This document shows, piece after piece, positions 61,842-64,000 of a DNA stretch of 64,000 nucleotides (the first letter of the stretch is position 1; each line of letters starts with the position of its first letter). The stretch is from contig CBDAOB010000004.1 in assembly GCA_965197905.1 (NCBI GenBank), positions 2,016,001-2,080,000 of the forward strand. Reading direction: 5' to 3'. The position numbers and the translations under genes were made by a program. The DNA is from Candidatus Latescibacterota bacterium. Its GTDB lineage: Bacteria; Latescibacterota; UBA2968; UBA8231. The notes beneath the pieces were generated by a model, which saw only the letters and a list, made by a program, of their open reading frames with translations, was not told the origin of the DNA and did no database searches.

Positions 61842-62855
61842 ATGAGAGTTCTCGGTATCGAATCGTCCTGCGACGAAACGTCCGCGGCGGTCATCGACGC
61901 GGACGGCACGTTGCTCGGTCACGTAATCCATTCCCAACAGGAACACGCGGCATACGGCGGGGTTGTCCCCGAACTGGCTTCTCGAGCCCACATACGAACC
62001 GTTGTGCCCACCATCCGCAAGGCGCTTGAGGAGTCGAAGTGTAATCTACACCAAATGGACGGAATAGCGGTGACGGCTGGACCCGGTCTGGTCGGTTCGC
62101 TGCTAGTCGGCATCAGCATCGCCAAGGGAATGGCGCTTGCCGTTAAAAAGAAACTGATTGGCGTTCATCACCTCGAAGGCCACATCTTCTCTATCCTACT
62201 TGAACATGAAAAATTCGAATCGCCGTTTCTAACGCTGCTCGTCTCGGGAGGTCATTCGGAAATCGTATTGGTGAAATCTCTGGGACACTACGAAGTTCTC
62301 GGCCGAACGCGGGACGATGCCGCAGGGGAGGCGTTCGACAAGGGGGCAAAGATGCTCGGCCTCTTGTCAGCAAGTGGGTCGATACACGGAGGCCGGCTCC
62401 TCGCCGAATCCGCCGCCGAGGGCAATCCCGACGCCATTCCGTTCCCAAGGGGACTTTGCAAGGAAGATACCCTCGATTTCAGCTTTAGTGGGCTAAAAAC
62501 AGCGCTTCGAAACCATATCGGTTCACTCTCCGAACGCGAGAGAAGTGTGATGCTGCCGCACATCGCAGCGAGTTTCGAAATGGCCATCGTGGACGCACTC
62601 GTCGCGAAAACCGTTAAAGCGATGCAAGGGTGCCAAATCAAGACGGTTGCGTTGGCGGGTGGGGTGGCGGCGAACGCGACCCTCCGCAGGAAGCTGAGCC
62701 AGGAAGTTGCGGCTCGTGGTGGAACTCTGCGTTACCCTTCTCCTATCTACTGCACGGACAACGCGGCCATGATCGCTGCCGTCGGCCGATTTCATCTCAT
62801 GAATGGGACCCAATCGGGCTACGATCTAGATGCCGATCCACGTATGAAATTGTAA
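61842..62855 (+). CDS. tsaD: tRNA t6A threonylcarbamoyltransferase
   Basis: LGIESSCDET, GGVVPELASRAH, HHLEGH, DDAAGEAFDK and CTDNAAMI. Confidence 0.96.
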   Translation: MRVLGIESSCDETSAAVIDADGTLLGHVIHSQQEHAAYGGVVPELASRAHIRTVVPTIRKALEESKCNLHQMDGIAVTAGPGLVGSLLVGISIAKGMALAVKKKLIGVHHLEGHIFSILLEHEKFESPFLTLLVSGGHSEIVLVKSLGHYEVLGRTRDDAAGEAFDKGAKMLGLLSASGSIHGGRLLAESAAEGNPDAIPFPRGLCKEDTLDFSFSGLKTALRNHIGSLSERERSVMLPHIAASFEMAIVDALVAKTVKAMQGCQIKTVALAGGVAANATLRRKLSQEVAARGGTLRYPSPIYCTDNAAMIAAVGRFHLMNGTQSGYDLDADPRMKL

Positions 62856-62856
62856 A

Positions 62857-64000
62857 ATGGATGTAGAAATCGGAGATCTGCAAGACATCAACATTGATCT
62901 GCTCGGGGGTTCTATATGGATCGTAATGGTCCCCCTGGCTATTCTCGTGGTCTGCCATTTGTATGCAAACACGAAACCGACGACCAGTCCGACCCTCCGT
63001 TGGACGCTGGCGACTGTCCGCTCGGTGACGTTGGTTTTGCTGCTGACATCGATGGCGGAGCCCGCCGTTTCGATGTTGCATCGGGTCCTGGTGCCCCCCC
63101 AGCTGTCAATTCTTCTCGACCGAAGCCAAAGCATGGCGGTAGTCGAGTCCGGGATCAGCCGGATGGGTCGCGTTGCTGGAATTCTGGGCGACGCGCAGTT
63201 TCAACAACAACTGAAAAAAGTAGACACAAGATATACTGCCGTGTCGGACACGGCCGAGAAGATTTCTCGCCCGACGGGAATGAATCTTTCCGCCGGTGGG
63301 CATTCAACCAATCTGTCCCGCGGAATCCGAATCGGCGGCCAACAGTTTACCGGACGAACCCAATCACGCTCGATGCTACTCATTTCGGACGGTGGTCACA
63401 ACCTCGGGGAAGATCCTGTAACCCTGGCGAAGGAGCTGGGCGTGCCCGTATTTGCCCTAGGTGTCGGCAGCCCTGAGGCAGCTCCCGATGTGCGCCTGGT
63501 TGATGTGGATCTTTCCAAATCGGCATACGTGGGTCATCCGCTCACTCTTGTGGTCAACCTAGTAAACCATGGATTCGCCGGTACTCCAGGTGAAGTGGTC
63601 GTCATGGACGGGGACGACACGTTAGCCACCAAGAAGCTCGTCCTGTCGAGGGCTGGCCAGACGCAGTCGGTATCGATTGATATCAACCCCAAGACGGCCG
63701 GACCTCGATATCTCCGGGTCCTCGTTGAACCACATATTGGGGAGGGAAATCGGAGCAACAACGAAATATTGGCTTTTACGAAAATCCTCGGAGCTCGTAT
63801 CAGGGTATTGCTTGTAGCCGGGGGTCCCAGTCACGAGTTGTCGTTCCTTTCCCGGAGCCTCGTGGCGGATTCAAGTATTGCGGTAACTTCGATGATCTAC
63901 AAGAACCAAGAAACCGCATATGAAGATCACTGGCAGGAGCTTTCCGGTGCGGACGTGGTGATTCTGTCAAATGTGGGTCAGGGTACAGTGTCAGGACAAC
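62857..64000 (+). CDS. Membrane-anchored vWA domain protein (3' end beyond the window; absent from the ORF track)
   Basis: ATG 62857 follows the tsaD stop. Translation gives two N-terminal TM segments, MIDAS-like LLDRSQSM, STNL, LLISDGGHN and PVFALGVG, then an Ig-like region. No stop was seen. Confidence 0.82.
   Translation, partial: MDVEIGDLQDINIDLLGGSIWIVMVPLAILVVCHLYANTKPTTSPTLRWTLATVRSVTLVLLLTSMAEPAVSMLHRVLVPPQLSILLDRSQSMAVVESGISRMGRVAGILGDAQFQQQLKKVDTRYTAVSDTAEKISRPTGMNLSAGGHSTNLSRGIRIGGQQFTGRTQSRSMLLISDGGHNLGEDPVTLAKELGVPVFALGVGSPEAAPDVRLVDVDLSKSAYVGHPLTLVVNLVNHGFAGTPGEVVVMDGDDTLATKKLVLSRAGQTQSVSIDINPKTAGPRYLRVLVEPHIGEGNRSNNEILAFTKILGARIRVLLVAGGPSHELSFLSRSLVADSSIAVTSMIYKNQETAYEDHWQELSGADVVILSNVGQGTVSGQ

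Noticed and set aside
62916..63476. 186-aa ORF in the track
   Set aside because: It is out of frame with the vWA gene that starts at 62857.

Overview
A 64-kb window of mostly core chromosome from a moderately GC-rich bacterium. Candidatus Latescibacterota or another FCB lineage is inferred from the secreted proteins carrying dockerin/cohesin-like and FlgD-Ig/T9SS-type C-terminal domains. Housekeeping blocks are proB-ftsB-recO-glyQS, tRNA-Leu(TAG)-tig-clpP-clpX-engB-purA-prpB-prpC, hemJ-ftcD, guaB, a heterodimeric ABC exporter with rdgB, hisG-hisD-hisB, moaD-moaE, and YbbR-tsaD-vWA. Three elements are missing from the ORF track: (1) a 749-nt ORF-less group II intron at 12902-13650 with intact EBS1/IBS1 pairing, domain V and branch A; (2) a 75-aa SelW/Rdx selenoprotein (CxxU, UGA followed by a SECIS-like hairpin) at 41255-41482 on the minus strand; (3) a vWA membrane protein running off the right end. 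Two glycosylation loci are present. One has three GT-C (ArnT/PMT-like) plus TPR proteins and a polyprenol-phosphate glycosyltransferase. The other has GT4, YfhO, a flippase, a methyltransferase and GT2. The second lies next to a ~1600-codon secreted Ser/Thr-rich protein whose N-terminal third is broken by clustered frameshifts. All product calls come from recognising motifs by eye; no searches were run.
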